From positions 1 to 26,136 of IMG/VR virus record IMGVR_UViG_3300036802_000136: a stretch of 26,136 nucleotides of DNA; one strand, 5' to 3'. The stretch is from a virus (Duplodnaviria; Caudoviricetes). Shown here piece after piece: positions 24,125 to 26,136 of this stretch. Every line of letters begins with the position of its first letter. Position 1 is the stretch's first letter. A program made the translations under genes and the position numbers. The notes below the pieces were generated by a model. It made no database searches and had not been told where the DNA came from. It saw only the letters and a program-made list of their open reading frames with translations.

Positions 24125-26113
24125 TCAAATCGCCTCCTGTATAGCTGCCGTCTCAATGCGCAGCCGCTTATCTGCTTCACTTACTACCAGTCGGATCACC
24201 TGAGCGTCAGTTCCGATCAGCTGCGTCACTGCCTCAGCATTGTCGACAAAGATTGGAGCCGAGAATCCGTAATGCTCGCCCAGCGTATTGATGATGTCCA
24301 AACCGACATTGATACGAGCCGCATTGTTGAGCCCACCATCATAAGGAACTCCTCTATAAAGCGTGTCGCAGACTTCCTTGATCCCGCCGTTGATTTGATC
24401 CTCAAAGAGTCGAAACCGTGCGATCTTGAATTTACTGTTGATCTTGGCATCCAGCATGCTGACCTTCGTCTTAGTGAATTCCTCGCAGAGGAACAGTTCA
24501 TGCTGCAGGCGTTCGTACTCTGCTGCAAGTTCCCGCTCTTGTTTCTCTAGCTCCATCACCCGTATCTGCGCCCGGCGGATACCATCGAATTTAGCGAGAT
24601 CGCGCTCCATTTCTTCAATCTCTAACCGTTGCCGGCGAATTTCGGAACGGGCTGTCGCAGCAGCATCTTCACCTGAAGTTCTCAATACTTCAATCTGCTG
24701 TTTTACTTGAGTAGCTTCAGCCTGCTTCTTGACATATTCAGGATCAGTAGCTGGGTCCTTAACTCCTGTACGTAACACAGTCAGCTGATCATCAGCGGAC
24801 GCGACCTCAGCCTGCAGGGTTTTCAGGGTACTAGTCAGACCTTCAAGTTCTTCCCGTAGCCGAATAATTTCCTGCTCGAATTTCTGAGCTTCAGCCACCG
24901 CCGCTTTACCGGAATTATTGATACGCTCCTTACGCTCCGCTAGCCGACGATTAAATTCAGCCTCTGCTTTGTCGTGAGCTGCCTTAATTTGATCTTCTGG
25001 AAGTGACTGACCACAGGCCGGGCAATTGGCATCATGATCTTCAGGATGTTCGAAGGTAAGACTCTTCAGCTCAGCAAATTCTGTTCTCAAGCGATCTGCT
25101 TCTTGCCGACGATCAGTAACTAAGCGCTCATTCTGCTTGATACGTTGCTCCTTGTCCTCTACTGTACGGCGGTACTTATCCAGCTCGTTATGCATCCGGT
25201 TTACTTCATCACGTTTAAGAGCCAACTTATCCAGCACATTGGACTGCATACGACTCTTGATATCGATCAGCTCGCCTTCAATTTCACGAAGCCGTTTTTC
25301 CTTAACCGCTGCCTCACCACCTGAAAGAATCCGGGAAAGCTCGGCCTCCCCTAATTCCACCCGATTGCGAAGGATCGCGATGTCTTCCTTGAGGAGCTCT
25401 TCATCCAGCTCCGCAACATCCGGCATTTGGCGCTGCACTTCACTGATCCGCACCGGCAGTTCCTTGATCTCCTTGTTAATCACGGTGCAACGAGAAGAAA
25501 TAACCTTTTTATGTGAGTCAAGGTCGCGATCTCCCAGGATACCTGGTAATGAAGCAAGTTCGTGGTTACCGTGAATGACCTCAACGTCCGTAAGATCACC
25601 GCATACTTCTAGCAACGTCTTCCGGCGCTCTTCCTTCTTTAGCTGTTCATTGAAGTAAGAAGGTGAAGTCAATAGTTTGAATAAATCCTCTTTGATGATG
25701 GAATCAACTTCGGCGGTGTACTCTCCTTTTTTCACAGGAACACCATCAATGAAGTAATTCGTTTCATGTCCTTCGAACGCGTCCGTCGCAGAACCACGTT
25801 TCTTAGTCCACTTCTCGGAGAAGACACGACGGAAAGTGCGTCGACGTCCATCGATCAGGAAAACTCCCTCGACCTCATGCTCCAACTTGTGCTGAAGAAC
25901 CTTCCCTGCTCCATCCAAACCCTTAATCTCGAAGTCAGCCTTGTTCTGGCTGTCCTTACCGAACAAGAGCCAGACAAAGCCGTCGAACATAGTGGTCTTC
26001 CCAGTAGCATTGTCACCATAGACATCAGCGTCCCCGCCATTAGCGGCGAGGACAAGTTCTTTAATACCTTTGAAATTACGGAGCGTCAGGCGCTCCAAAA
26101 CGATACGTTTCAA
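24125..26113 (-). CDS. Rad50/SbcC-like ABC ATPase with coiled coil and zinc hook
   Basis: LRNFKGI, Walker A GDNATGKT, central CPACG hook, LNNAA signature, Walker B FVDNAE. Confidence 0.9.
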   Translation of the reverse strand: MKRIVLERLTLRNFKGIKELVLAANGGDADVYGDNATGKTTMFDGFVWLLFGKDSQNKADFEIKGLDGAGKVLQHKLEHEVEGVFLIDGRRRTFRRVFSEKWTKKRGSATDAFEGHETNYFIDGVPVKKGEYTAEVDSIIKEDLFKLLTSPSYFNEQLKKEERRKTLLEVCGDLTDVEVIHGNHELASLPGILGDRDLDSHKKVISSRCTVINKEIKELPVRISEVQRQMPDVAELDEELLKEDIAILRNRVELGEAELSRILSGGEAAVKEKRLREIEGELIDIKSRMQSNVLDKLALKRDEVNRMHNELDKYRRTVEDKEQRIKQNERLVTDRRQEADRLRTEFAELKSLTFEHPEDHDANCPACGQSLPEDQIKAAHDKAEAEFNRRLAERKERINNSGKAAVAEAQKFEQEIIRLREELEGLTSTLKTLQAEVASADDQLTVLRTGVKDPATDPEYVKKQAEATQVKQQIEVLRTSGEDAAATARSEIRRQRLEIEEMERDLAKFDGIRRAQIRVMELEKQERELAAEYERLQHELFLCEEFTKTKVSMLDAKINSKFKIARFRLFEDQINGGIKEVCDTLYRGVPYDGGLNNAARINVGLDIINTLGEHYGFSAPIFVDNAEAVTQLIGTDAQVIRLVVSEADKRLRIETAAIQEAI

Positions 26114-26136
26114 GCGATTCCCTCCTCGATGGCTTC

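Larger units (their letters stand above)
1..26136 (-). mobile_element. Temperate phage/prophage segment (PBSX/skin-like head genes), replication through head modules; both ends lie outside the window
   Basis: Co-oriented recT, initiator, dnaB, rusA, arpU, terS, terL, portal, protease and capsid genes in canonical phage order. No integrase or att site is visible. Confidence 0.96.

Noticed and set aside
240-25574. Many + strand and nested ORFs in the track (e.g. 240..818, 1919..2563, 17719..18459, 18572..19135, 25137..25574)
   Set aside because: They are antisense or out-of-frame shadows of well-supported minus-strand genes, with no recognisable motifs.

Overview
The window is the central part of a temperate phage or prophage of a spore-forming Bacillales host (Paenibacillus-like; this is inferred from protein style, not proven). 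Almost all genes are on the minus strand. From right to left: (1) recombination and replication: a Rad50/SbcC-like ATPase, RecT, an MBL-fold hydrolase, a replication initiator with an internal iteron-like origin, a helicase loader and DnaB; (2) small middle genes, RusA, an HNH endonuclease and an ArpU-family late activator; (3) an ~8 kb accessory-rich interval; (4) a PBSX/skin-like packaging and head module: TerS, TerL, portal, minor head protein, XkdF-like protease and the start of an XkdG-like capsid gene. The accessory interval holds a low-GC PD-(D/E)XK protein, a ~450-nt structured non-coding leader behind the probable late promoter, a 2TM protein, a stand-alone PLAT/LH2 protein, a ParB-like gene with a C5 DNA methyltransferase, a candidate ~100-nt sRNA, and an operon of a DCTPP1/MazG-like pyrophosphatase with an EVE-like-HNH nuclease. 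The best leads are that operon (candidate modified-cytosine defence), the large late-leader RNA followed by five same-strand terminators before terS (candidate RNA-mediated antitermination), a shared sigmaH-like promoter in front of the accessory genes, and several antisense small transcription units. All calls come from reading the sequence; no database searches or folding programs were run.
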